A stretch of 64,000 nucleotides of DNA from Octopus vulgaris (taxonomy: Eukaryota), in NCBI GenBank assembly GCA_951406725.2, contig OX597815.1:125116001-125180000 (forward strand), given 5' to 3'. The notes below the pieces were generated by a model. It searched no databases, was not told the DNA's origin, and worked only from the letters and a program-made list of their open reading frames with translations. The translations under genes were made by a program, and so were the position numbers. Positions 52,498-64,000 of the stretch are shown here, piece after piece (within the stretch, counting starts at the first letter, position 1; each line of letters begins with the position of its first letter).

Positions 52498-52707
52498 TGT
52501 GGCGAGCTGGCAGAATTGTTAGCACGCTGGATGAAATGCTTAGCGGCATTTCACCCGTCGCTACATTCTGAGTTCAAATTCCACCAAGGTTGACTTTGCC
52601 TTTCATCCTTTCGGGGTCAATAAAACAAGTACCTGTTGAACACTGGGGTTGATGCAATCGACTCTCCACTTCCCCAAAATGGCTGCCCTTGTGGCAAAAT
52701 TTGAAAC

Positions 52708-52738
<31 letters not shown>

Positions 52739-52740
52739 GT
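52498..52740 (+). mobile_element. SINE family C, well preserved, (ATT)n tail
   Basis: ggcgagctggcagaattgttagca (box A-like), gagttcaaattcc (box B-like), gaaacc(att)n. Confidence 0.9.
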
Positions 52741-53956
52741 CATTAAGGAAGTGAAGACAACAACAGAGTGACTGGATTAAATATTTTACAAATTTAATTC
52801 TGTTCAAAGTTCAAATATCACTTCAGGTTCGTTTTTCTATTTAACCACCAAGGTTTCAAGAAAATGTATTTGAATATAGAACTAAAGTAATTTTTATTGA
52901 TTACACTGCTCCTTATAAACTTGTAGTCTTCTGCCTGTTAAAGATCATTATTTTTTATTTTTATTCTGCGTTAAAAATCATTAATATTTATTTTTTCACT
53001 AAAGAAATTTGTGAAATTGATCATTTAGCTAGAGTTCAGTATCAGATCACACTACTGGGTCCCCCTACTTTTATTTCTCCTTATGTTCTTTTATTTCTTT
53101 TTTAGTCAACAACAAATATTATCCATGCACAAAATATTTTGCAACAATAGAAAAAAAATCCATTTTTCCATCACTATTTCAACAAATATGATAAATACAT
53201 GCCATGCTAAAAAGGTCTGAAACATGTCTTGGATTATCTCCTATACTTAATGAAAGAAACAAAATAATATTAGTCAATGACTAATCGCACTGCATTATTT
53301 TATACTAGTTAGCTATTTGATGCATCCTACATTAAAGAGAGTTATTCAATAATATCAGCCATTAATCTCTCATTGCTGGGTAAAAACCTTTTTCCATAAC
53401 TTTCAGCTCAGGGTGTCTAATCTTCAACTTTTGTTACATCTCTCTAATTTCTTTCAATCTTGCATGTAGTCAATTTTTACAGTCCCATAGAATTCAAGTC
53501 TGTTAACTTTTATGGTTCTGCTATATGTCCAATATAACACCATTCAAATGATTTTACAAATTTGAATAAAGTCATTTAGTTTTGCTCCTTTGAGATTTAC
53601 AGTTCTTTCCATGATATTCACAAATAGGTTGAGTTTTTCTTAGCTTGCTCCCCAGGTCTTTTGTCAGGTACTATGTTTTTATATCAAGAGAAATTGTTGG
53701 GATGACACACTGGTTTCAATTCATCTGTTAAGGTTTATTGTGAAATTAGCTGACTAGTGCATCACCTAGATGGTAATAAGAGACCTATTGAAAACAAGCC
53801 TACTTCATATACACTGAATTAGAAATTGGACACCTAAGTGACTTGTGCCAACAAGCAATGGGCTTGTAGGTGCATTAGCACTTGAACTCCTCAAATAACT
53901 TCTAGAACAGGAACTGGAATTAAAATATTATTAATATATTATCATTAGAATATAAA

Positions 53957-54130
53957 ATGATGAGCTGGCAGAATCATAATGTGTCTGACAAAATATTTAG
54001 TGGCATTTCTTCCAACTGTTTTGTTCTGAGTTCAAATACCATTGAAGCCAACTTTGCCTTTTGTCTTTTCAGGGTAAAAAATACAGCACAAGTAGTAGAA
54101 TCAATGCAGCCAACCTAACCCTCCCTGCAA
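53957..54130 (+). mobile_element. SINE family C, old copy
   Basis: gagctggcagaatc...ttctgagttcaaat...actttgcctttt. Confidence 0.8.
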
Positions 54131-54329
54131 AGTTGGTTTCAGTACCCCCTCGTATGTTAACTCAACCTAGTTGAATATTTCTACTCCAGTTTCATTTATA
54201 GTGGTTAAGATGATAAAAGTACTGAAACCAGCTTTAAAAAAGCATGCTCCAACAGTTCATTCTTATGTATTGTGTGTGTAGAATCATTAGAACCAGATTT
54301 TGTTACATTGTTATTCTTACTATTGTTAT

Positions 54330-54520
54330 TATTCCTCCTATCATATTATTTTCTTTGCTCAGCTCCCAATGCTGGTGATGTATTATGGTGTCAGCTGTTC
54401 ACTACCAGGGAACTGAGGTAACACCCCTTCTTTTTCAAGCAGCCTCTGGAGTATTCAAGCTGTTCCTAGTTGTGTTGTTTTCTGCAAGTGATCAACCTAT
54501 ATTGCAATCCCTTATTACTA
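54330..54520 (-). mobile_element. R4/Dong-like LINE extreme 3' end
   Basis: VDHLQKTTQLGTA*ILQRLLE, resembling the LQKxxLLGTAxILRxVL terminus. Confidence 0.7.
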
Positions 54521-54559
54521 CTATTGTTCAGTAGTTTTATTTTCATTGCATGTTTTTAC

Positions 54560-54900
54560 TGTGTTACTGGGTGCAACTTTCTGCCTTGGGCATGTGCTGT
54601 GATTTGTTTCAGTGAATTATTTTTATTGTATGAAAAGGGCTCTGTGTAAGATGCATGCAGTGTCTAGAAATGCTATTTTCAGTATGTATTATATATTTGT
54701 AAGTCCTAAGGTTTTGGTTATGTCTGCCTGTTTTTTTTTTAACATACCTTAAACACCTGTTATCATTAGGACTGATTCTGTTAACAGATTCTGCATTCAG
54801 GTTATTTCTATATACGGATCTTTGTATTTTGATAGTTCATCCAATTCTTTTAGAGGAACATTGTCACACATTGGGACTGATATGTTGATTAGAAGGTGGT
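54560..54900 (-). mobile_element. R4/Dong-like LINE 3' fragment (REL endonuclease C-terminal half)
   Basis: LLINISVP.CDNV.LKELDELSKYKD..IEI...KIAFLDTACILHRAL. Confidence 0.8.
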
Positions 54901-54943
54901 ATTATTATCATTATTATTATCATCACCATCATCATTATTATTT

Positions 54944-55939
54944 AAGGTGGTGAGCTAGCAGAATAGTTAGCATGCTGAGTTAAATGCTTAGTGGTATTTC
55001 GTCTGCTGCTATGTTCTGAGTTCAAATTCCATCAAGGTTGACTTTGCCTTTCATCTTTGAGGGTCAATAAATCAGGTACTAGTGAAACACTGGGGTTGAT
55101 GTAATCGACTAGTCCCTTCCCACCAAATTTCAAGGCCTTCTGCCTTCAGTAGAAAGGATTATTATTATTATTATTATTATTACTTCTGCCTTTGCTAAGG
55201 TGGAGGTATTGTTTTCAGTCATGCTTGTTTGTTTGTCAGCAGACAAGATGTCTCAAGAACCACTGGATGGATTTGAATGAAACTTTTAGGGATGCTTGGC
55301 CTTGTGACTTGCACAAACTGATTAGATTTGGGGATTGATCCAGTACCAGACAAGGATTCTGGATTATTTTTCTGGTTTTTTAACTTAATTTTTGAGAGTG
55401 GTCAGGTTCATTTTTAGTATTCTCATTTATGAGAGCAGTCGAGTTTATTTCAGATATTCTCATTTTAAAAATCATCTTTGGCTAATCATTGAGAGGAGTT
55501 GGTGTTGCTGTGGCAGAGATTTGAGCTCTCTGAGTGTTATTACTATTATTATTATTACGATAAGGTGACGAGCTTGCAGAATCGTTAGCACACTGGGCAA
55601 AGTGCTTAGCGGCATTTCATCTGCCTTCACATTCTGAGTTCAAATTCTGTCGAGGTTAACTTTGCCTTTCATTCTTTCGAGGTCAATAAACTAAGTACCA
55701 GTGAAACACTGGGGTTGATGCAAAATTTCAGGCCTTATGCCTTTAGGAGAAAGGGTTATTACAATTATTATTAGGAGGCAGTAAGCTGGCAGAATCACTA
55801 GCATGCTGGGCAAAATGCTAAGTGGCATTTTGTCCGTCTTTATGTTCTGAGTTCAAATTCCACCCAGATCGACTTAGCCCTCTTCCCCAAAATTTCAGGC
55901 TTTTTGCCTCTAGTAGAAAGGATTATCATTATTACTATC

Positions 55940-55974
<35 letters not shown>

Positions 55975-56200
55975 CATCATTATTATTATTATTATTATTA
56001 TCATGACGACAGCAAGCTCGTAGAATCATTAGGACACCAGACAAAGTACTTAGTGGCATTTGATCCATATTTATGTTCTGAGTTCAAATTCCACTGAGGT
56101 CATCTTTGCCTCTCATCCTTTCAGGCAAGTTCTAGAGTTTACCCCTTCCCTCAAAAACTGCTGGCCCAATGCCAAAATTTGAAACCATTATTCTTATCAT
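54944..56200 (+). mobile_element. Four head-to-tail SINE family C copies (54944, 55561, 55777, 56004) separated by (ATT)n tracts
   Basis: Each starts with a variant of gagctggcagaat and contains ttctgagttcaaatt. Confidence 0.9.
55178..55540 (+). mobile_element. Helentron-associated non-autonomous element (HINE/DINE-like)
   Basis: 5' tattacttctgcc...ggtggaggta palindrome, (TTTG) tract, ggatggatttgaatgaaactt, 3' subterminal IR ggcagagat followed by the gagctctctgagtg stem-loop. Confidence 0.75.
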
Positions 56201-56830
56201 TACAACAACTCAAAAGCCATTTCATATTAATTTTATTAATAGAAATGTTATCCTGGGCTTTGATGACAATAAGTCTTTTCTAATTTCAAGAATCTTTCTA
56301 AGGATTCTTTCAGAATACAGGATATTTTTCTGCAGGTTTACAGTAAGTGTCTCAGTTCTGATACCCTTCAGCCATTTACATAGCAGTTAGGATGTAGTGC
56401 CAGTTGCATCAGTTACCACAGAAGCAATAGTAACCTTTGTGTTCCACAATTTCTTCACCTCTCTGGCAAAGTCTTGATATTTCTCACTTTCTTTGATATC
56501 CATTCTATCATACAGTACAGCTAAGTCTATGATCTTACACATCTCCCCACCCTATGATCACATCTGGTCTCCTTGCTTCAATAATATGCTCAGACTCTAA
56601 GGGAGAAATTCCATAAAGTCATGTAATTATCATTCACCATCACAGATTCTGGCTTATGTTCATACCACTTTTTTTGTCACTTCAGATCCATAAACATAGC
56701 TAACATCCAAATGTACCCTTTTACCAACAGACATGCCTGCAGTGATACTCCTTTTTTGTCAGCTTACAGCATTCACTTAAGAGACAGTTAATACGTTCAT
56801 CTCCATTTCCAAGGAATGTCTCATGGTTAG
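56200..56830 (-). mobile_element. R4/Dong-like LINE 3' fragment with REL endonuclease
   Basis: KEYHCRH..KWYEHKPESV..LWNF..IEARRPDVI..IIDLAV..KESEKYQD..LQKNIL..RILRKILE. Confidence 0.88.
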
Positions 56831-58899
56831 ATTATAATCAAGTAAACCAGCAATCTCACACTCACAAGACACCAGAGAAAGGGAAGAGGTGAGAGAGAGA
56901 GAGAGAGAGAGAGATGAAAGAGAGAAGGAAGAAAGAGACAAATGTATGTTGTAATCTGAGAAGAGCAACAAAATGAAAGACAGTACTCAATACTGTTATG
57001 TAGTATGGAAAAATATTCAGAGATTCTCATCTCCAACCTTCAGAGGGTTGGAGATGAAAAGATTAGAGACGAGAACTCTGAGAAATGATTCACACAAGCT
57101 GAGATCTATTTTTCCACACTAGAATGGGTTAGATGAATACATTTTATTGGAGTGTTGTTTTACAGGGGGATATACTTCCTGTCCCTAATCTTTACAAATT
57201 TTTTAAGAACAAGATTATTTTATACCATGCATCATTGAAAGTGCAGAGCTAGTGGACAACTTGTCAAAGAACTGTCAACTAAAGTCACCAGTTTTAATGA
57301 AATGAAGGATGGAAACATCACACACATGACAGGCTCGTAGAGTTTCTGCTTACCAAGTTCACTAACTAGAAATTGAACAACCTGAGATTGTAGATTTTAC
57401 CTGCCCAAGGTGCAAGTATGTATAAATGAAAAACAGGTCATGGAGGGCATTAAGCTGTAAATCAGCCTCAAATAAAACATGCCTCAATGTAATATATTCC
57501 TCAAACCCATGAAAACACGGAAAAATGGAAATAAAGCTAACCAACAAATACAGGACAATGCCTGACACATTAACTATCTCTAACCTTTTCAAGTTATAAT
57601 ACTATCGATTTTGCTGTTGGTCTTTCTATTAGTTTTTGTTAACCATTGGCACCATGCCACATTTAAGTCCCAAGTGAACACTCAAATTACACACATATAT
57701 ACACACTTCTTCAATTTTCTTACGTTATTTGAGAAACAGTCCTTCTATACCTACTTCTAAACATAAATACATATTTGCACATTTTTTTTTACGAAAAACT
57801 ACACACACACAAATAATATATATATCAAACTATTAATATTCTGTTTTTGCCTCACAACCACAAAATCTTTTATCAATATGGTAATAGTAATTTAAACAAA
57901 TTCTATTGTCACAAGCAGAAAAATTTGAACCCAGTGCACTTAAATAAATGATGGTTAAATGAATACATAAAAGCTATACAAACAAAACATAAGTAGAATA
58001 TTTAAAACAATTGAATTTACATAAAACTGATACAAAAAAAATGTACAGCAAATGCCAAACTTATTAAAAATAGAAATATATCAAATAGTTGCAGACAGTT
58101 AAATTTTAGGCTTTTTTTTTTATAAATCTGCACATGATTTTATTAGAGATATAGAGGTACAAGAGAAAGAGAGAGCATAGACTTTGTTTGCAACTCTTTT
58201 CTTTACAACTACACTCTGGACTAATTTCATTTTGACATATAAACATTATGAATTTAGGTAATCCCGTTTAAACACTTTATCACTGGTTTCAATTAAAAGA
58301 AAGCTTTCACCTTTCAAAGAACCTGAAAATAAGTGTTCAATTATTTATTTTGGTTATGATTCATCAACTCCTATCACTTGAAATGAATAAGTGTCAATTT
58401 TGATTTTTTTTTTTTAAAGGAAGATATTATTTTTTAAAGGAAGATAACTATTAATTAAGAACCAACTTATTGAAAATACCAGATAGCAAAATATATTTAT
58501 CTTGGGCTTCATCTTTCTAAGTGCATCATTAAAGAATTTTCATTTCCTTTTTTTTTCCAGCAGAAAAGCAATTACATGCCAATACTTACAAAAGAACAAT
58601 TGCTTAAGTTGTCTGTATTTTCCAGAATAATTAATTTCATCTTTTGTATTCCTATCTATATGCCAGAAATGTATTTCTATATATAACCTAGAAAGTTGAC
58701 ATGAAAATGATTGAATGATTTTAAAAAAAACAACACTTGCTTCCTTCAAATCAAGACCAACAGCAAAGAATTGAGTGGAAATATTAGGGAAAACAAACAA
58801 CGCTTCAAGTGAATAACGAAATAATAATAAAATATTTACAGCTTCCAATTTGGTCCCAAAGTTTACAGTGTAAGTCAATAAAAGATCTTAAAAATCATC

Positions 58900-59430
58900 A
58901 TCATTCTGTACATCCATGATACCATTTCATGCTGACATAGTCAATTTGTCATGGTTCTAAGTCAAGTTCTTTCATCCAGAATCCTACACTCAAACCTTAC
59001 CACTTTTACTCATGTCATCTTTCAATCTTCTTCTTCTGTGGACTTCTGGTTTCATTGTTTGACACTTTTCGCCCCCCCCCCCCAATTCCTCTTATGCATC
59101 ATATGTCATATGTCCATACGAGAGCAGTATTTTGTAATGATGCTACTAATACTGACTTTTATTCTCTCAATATACATCAAGCTCACATTGCATATCCAAT
59201 AGAACATGCTTGCTTCATCTCTTTCCAACCTTTGTACACCTTTAGCACTCCCTATACAAGCACCATACAGTATGGCCTTCACTCATTGACAGAAACTCTT
59301 TGTGCTGATAGAAGAAATTACACCCTGAACTTTTGCCATCCCATCTTTTAGCTGGCTGTTATACTTTTACCACATCCACCTTCACAACTGATTAGGGTAC
59401 CTATGTATGAGAAGCACTTCTTCAATGCAC
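58900..59430 (-). mobile_element. RTE LINE 3' fragment, decayed
   Basis: VKAILYGA...VQRLERDEASMFYWICNVS; same type as 3055-3660. Confidence 0.7.
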
Positions 59431-59729
59431 TTCCTGCTCATGACTCCTGCATGTGCCTATGAAATATAAAATCCTTTTCTGTCAGCCATCCTGTTATCTT
59501 AATTGCACCCTTTGTATACTCATTGCTTGTTTTAGGTACATATTATAGAGTTCCTACCAACACCTTAGCTCATATCAAGCATGGCTACTGCTTCCCAATT
59601 AATAGAAGTGCTTGGTTTGCTGTTTTGCTGAGACTTTTGTCATCTCTTAACTGAACTTTAGGCCTGCCGATTACCATGTGTGTATATGTGTGTGTTTGTG
59701 TTTTCTATCAGTATGTTTGTGACTTTTGT

Positions 59730-60320
59730 GTATTTCTATGCATATTAATACCCAATTACAACTAGGATACAAGCTCTAATTCCAAGAGACATGACATTTA
59801 CAGTATACATCTTTTTTAAACTTTGCCAAGATGATACATTCGCCCAACTGTTACATTATTTTCAAGTTCCTAAATATTATGAATGGAACAGAACAAAATG
59901 GTTAACAAGGAGAAGTATTTCTTTTGAAAGATACAACCATATTAAGTTTTGATGACATTTTGAGAATTGTTTACCTGAATAGCTCATCTCAGTCAGTAGG
60001 AATGTCTCAAAAGTGGACTTACATGAAATTAGACAACCACAATAATTTCATCAGCTTTGGGTAGTGATTGGTCACATTTGTGTTACATGCAGGTGAAAAT
60101 GTTTTAGGTGAGGCCAATTACAAAATGATGCTCAATAGGAAGCAACAATGGTAGAAGCAATTTTTTGACAACCATCTTCAAAATTGCAAAACCTCCTTGT
60201 AGTTCTACTGCAAGCATGCAGACAGTCTTTCTTCCTAAATCAGAGGAAATTCTATGTGATGATTATCGGGATGAAGAACAGCAACATAATCATTTCAGAG
60301 ATATGGATATTATTGCTCTT
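59730..60320 (+). mobile_element. Helitron RepHel coding fossil fragment
   Basis: TSFFKLCQDDTFAQLLHYFQVPKYYEWN...LQNDAQ*EATMVEA...EEILCDD, typical of the Rep-helicase linker. Confidence 0.7.
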
Positions 60321-60392
60321 TCTCAATGTGTGTGTGTGTGTGTGTATATATATAAGTATGTGTGTATGTATATGTATGTATGTATGCATATT

Positions 60393-60620
60393 GTCAAGGT
60401 GTACAGCTTAGTGGTTAGAGTATTCAGCTCATGAGTGTAAGGTCATGAGTTCAATTCTTGACAGCATATAGTCTGTCCTTAAGCAAGGCATTAGAACTAT
60501 GTTAAGAGTATGCATATCTGTGGAGTGCTCAGCCATTTGCCCGTTAATTTCATAAGCTGGTTATTGCATTGATTGGATCAACTGGAACCCTCACTGTCGT
60601 AACTGATGGAGTGCCACTTA
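60393..60620 (+). mobile_element. tRNA-derived SINE family E
   Basis: Box A cagcttagtggttagagt, box B gagttcaattc, then gtccttaagcaaggca core-like segment. Confidence 0.75.
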
Positions 60621-60664
60621 ATGCATAGATATATATATAAAGTGTATGCATATATATATATATA

Positions 60665-60845
60665 TCATCATCATCATCATCGTTTAACGTTCATTTTCCA
60701 TGCTAGCATGGGCTGGACAGTTTGACCGGGGTCTGGGAAGCCAGGAGGTTGCACCAAACTCCAGTCTGATCTGGCAGTGTTTCTACAGCTGGATGCCCTT
60801 CCTAACGCCAACCACTCCATGAGCGCAGTGGGTGCTTTTTATGCC
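60665..60845 (-). mobile_element. SINE family B, young copy
   Basis: Highly similar to the reverse complement of 45700-45875. Confidence 0.9.
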
Positions 60846-60849
60846 AAGC

Positions 60850-60960
60850 TACCACATAGTTTCTGTCTACCAACTTCACTCACAATGCTTTGGTCTTCCT
60901 GGACTATAGTAGAAAAGACTCATCCAGAGTGCCTTGAAGTGGGACTGAATCTGAAACTAC
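60850..60960 (-). mobile_element. SINE family A fragment
   Basis: agtttctgtctacc...actatagtagaaaagac...gtgggactgaa. Confidence 0.7.
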
Positions 60961-61808
60961 AACCCAAAAGAAACCAGGAGTAAGTTTGCAATATTATTTT
61001 ATTCACTTAGTTTTACATGTTTACACTTTTATCGCCATCACATTATTCTCCATTTGAAGCAATGCATCAATCCAGATGTGTTTTCTAATGTTTAAAGCAG
61101 TCCTTGAACACTTATGAAGTGATGCCTTTTAATGCCTTCATTGTTTTTTCTTCATGTCTTCCACATCTGCAAATTCTGTAGCACAAGCTTTCATCACTAG
61201 TGATGACCTTTGGAAAAAGGCCCAGCTCAACATCCAACTTTTCTTTCAGTTCATGATATGCATTCAGTCATAATTGCTTTTGATCTTCCGTGAGCAAGTG
61301 AGGCACAAATTTTGCTGCAACTCTTTTCATTCGCAATTCCTTGCTCAAAATTCGTTGGCAGGTGCTCCATGACACACCAATTATATCAACAAGTTTGTCA
61401 ATTGTTCAGCGATGGCCCTCCATTCGTTTGGGAGGTTAACGGTTGCCCAGAACGAGGTTGGTCTTCAAGCGACAAGTGACCATTCCTAAAGCATGAAAAC
61501 CACTCGTAAACTTGTGTTTTGCTCATGACAGCATCTTTGTAAACTATTTGAATTTTCCCCAGCACAAAACAGAATTTCACAGAAGCATGCTGTTCCTTTG
61601 TTTTAGCCATCGCAAAAATCAACAAACAGGGGAGAAGCAATGCAAAACAAAGACACACCAAGTGGCAGTACAAAATCACCCAATGAAACCAGTTGGTAAA
61701 CTGATGCCTGAGGGTTGCATCAAGTGGCTTCTAGAAGCAGAAGCCAGAACTACAATTAGCTTATCCAACAGAGAATGTTTCCGGTTACTTTTGAGTACCC
61801 CTTTGTAT
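60960..61808 (-). mobile_element. Mariner DNA transposon fossil lacking most of the catalytic core
   Basis: MAKTKEQHASVKFCF...VYEWFSCFRNG...PRSGQP...AKFVPHLLT...VITSDE joined to C-terminal FADVE...CIASNGE; TIR tacaaaggggtactcaaaagtaaccggaa. Confidence 0.88.
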
Positions 61809-63556
61809 ATGATCACAAAGCTTCAGAGTAAACAACCTCAAGGAAAATAATGACCAACCATAGTTCATCATCAGCTGTTATGAAGCTAATTTACAGGATC
61901 AATTTATAGCTGAAAGTAGATTTAAGCTACTTCACAATAAAAAAAGATCCCTCGTTACAACTGATGACTGTGTACAGAGACATAAGGTGAAATATTCTTT
62001 CTTGATGTGTCAGTAGTCACAAGAAAAGCCTTCCTAATAAACCAACAGCTGGCTGAAGTTAGAGAACAAGGAAAATCACTGTTGCAGTTACATCCTTATG
62101 CATTGTCACTATGGTTGCTGCATAGTTACAAAGTAAACTTCTTAAGCACATAGCCACATCTAGACCTATAAACACACACACACACCTTGAAATAATCACA
62201 TAAATATCATACTAGTGTACATAAGAAACAATTTGAAATTTTTCTTCTTGTTACCATTATATATTCAACTCACTTTATGTATTCCTTTGTCCCTTCTGTA
62301 TGTTATGAATTGTAAATCTCATTCTCTGTAAAAAGAAGGTAGTCTTTGACCAGATTATTTTATTTCTAAGATAGAAAGATCAGTTAAACTTTCTATGAAT
62401 GAATATCATCTTCATTATGTGGGCTTTTGTGCAGAAGTATACAGTAAATAATTATATGCATTCAAAGCAAATCCTATTACTACTATGATAGTAATCTGCA
62501 TATATTAAACCTAGAAGATATGAAATTAACTCCTTATCATTGCTTTAACGCCCAGATTTCCTTTATAGATATGTATTAATCTGAAAAATTTTGGTGAGGA
62601 AATTTATATTTTAACTTCTGAGAAACTGGAGGACAAGTGAAATTGGGAGAAATCAAAGAGAATATGAAGTACTACATAGATAAATGTGTGAAACACTTGG
62701 ATTAGTGATCTACGGTAGTCATAAATAAGGTATGTTACTATAGTTGCTTTAGCCTGCTTAGCTGAAAATATAGGTATCACTCACATTTCATACCAGAAAT
62801 GGTTAGTAGTAGTAAGGAGAGCCAGTTCTTAAGATATTTGCCTCACCATTAGAAAATTTATACTTTTCAAATGTTAACCTGTCCATCATACTGTCACAGA
62901 AAAATGGATATGGAAAATAAATAATACATTAAAAATACACTTAGCAAATAAACTGATCAACAATGTGAAATCCAAATGCCATAGAAGTTCACTGATGGCT
63001 TGAATATTAATTGATCTAGTGTAAATGCAGTCAGCTGAAGCAAAAATAATTAAAACTAGTGACAATAGAACACAATGTAGTTTTCTATTTGAACAAACAG
63101 ATATATGTTATATGGTTTCCAAGGAAGCAAGAACCAAACATAACCTGCGATAGGTCAAGTGATCGATGTAAAAAGATGAAGATAACTTCAAACCGTAGAA
63201 AGCAAAAGGTCACTATCTATGAGTGTACAAGTAAATTGCATTTGAAGAATGGAATGTATCAAATGGAAGAATGAAGGAGACAATGATGGCCAAGGTGCCC
63301 AGAGGAAGTTAGGTAAATGCTTCACAATTAACACCACACAAATGTTTTTTAACAATATTAACTTCTATCCAAAATATATTTTTTAGCAAGCCAGTAAGGC
63401 TTTATCATTAGCATCCAAAATCCAAAGTAAGTATGTGTATTTATCAATGTAGCCATTACTTTTAACATGAAAACTTAACTTCAAAATCAGTTAATACAAC
63501 TAAAGAGAACTTCCATTTGTAATAGAAATGAGTATGTGTGTGCATGAGTATGTGTG

Positions 63557-63619
<63 letters not shown>

Positions 63620-64000
63620 GACAGACAGCGTGTGTGTGTGTACAATAAATGAAGGTTTGACTGCTTGGAAATGCATATCTGTTATATTTAGCTTTAAATA
63701 CACATTATATTGGAGATATCATATGGAGATTTATGCAAAGAATGTTATCCTCATCAAAGGCAATACCCCTACAAGTTTTTCTGTACTGATATTGGACTAT
63801 AATCAATTTCTAATAAACTATAGATTGTTAGTTCTACAAAAACAGAAAGGAAAATGCTGGGATTTTACAATAATAATCTTTTAACTCAAAATTCTTTATA
63901 TCTTAGTCTGCACTTTTATTTACAATGAAAATTCTCTTTTACACCTCCATTTTCATAACTTCATCAAGTATACAATATATATATATTATACAACATTCAT

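Noticed and set aside
54131-54233. Inverted repeat with GAAACCAGCT read as a hammerhead
   Set aside because: cagtaccccctcgta is better explained as a mariner-type TIR end.
57027-57057. 14-bp hairpin read as a terminator
   Set aside because: Eukaryotic intronic context with no U-tract; no function can be supported.
60393-60465. tRNA gene (also the heads of SINE A and C)
   Set aside because: Box A/B present but no intact cloverleaf; the sequence continues into SINE bodies.
63059-63274. Basic, Cys-containing ORF vaguely like a transposase C-terminus
   Set aside because: No diagnostic motif or element ends.

Overview
AT-rich, microsatellite-dense animal DNA. The SINE/LINE repertoire and composition point to an octopus (coleoid cephalopod) genome; this is an inference from recalled repeat families, not a database match. 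Almost every ORF in the supplied track is a microsatellite or repeat artefact. The window reads as intronic sequence of a minus-strand host gene. Two phase-compatible coding exons (30756-30877 and 23367-23511) splice to an 89-aa open peptide I cannot name, and a strong acceptor at 1474 may start a terminal exon. The rest is transposon fossils: several SINE families, RTE, CR1/Zenon-like and R4/Dong-like LINE fragments, mariner and DD37D (maT) fossils, Helitron/Helentron pieces, and a 2.7-kb piggyBac. Most notable: (1) the piggyBac lies near MITEs derived from it by internal deletion; (2) an (ATT)n-seeded nest of SINEs, R4/Dong-like LINEs and a HINE at 54-57 kb; (3) fold-back hairpins carrying hammerhead-ribozyme-like remnants; (4) a 48-bp-perfect inverted duplication bracketing a 5.7-kb segment. 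I found no intact transposase, tRNA, rRNA or CRISPR array, and no clearly new system that I can establish from sequence alone. Repeat boundaries are approximate.
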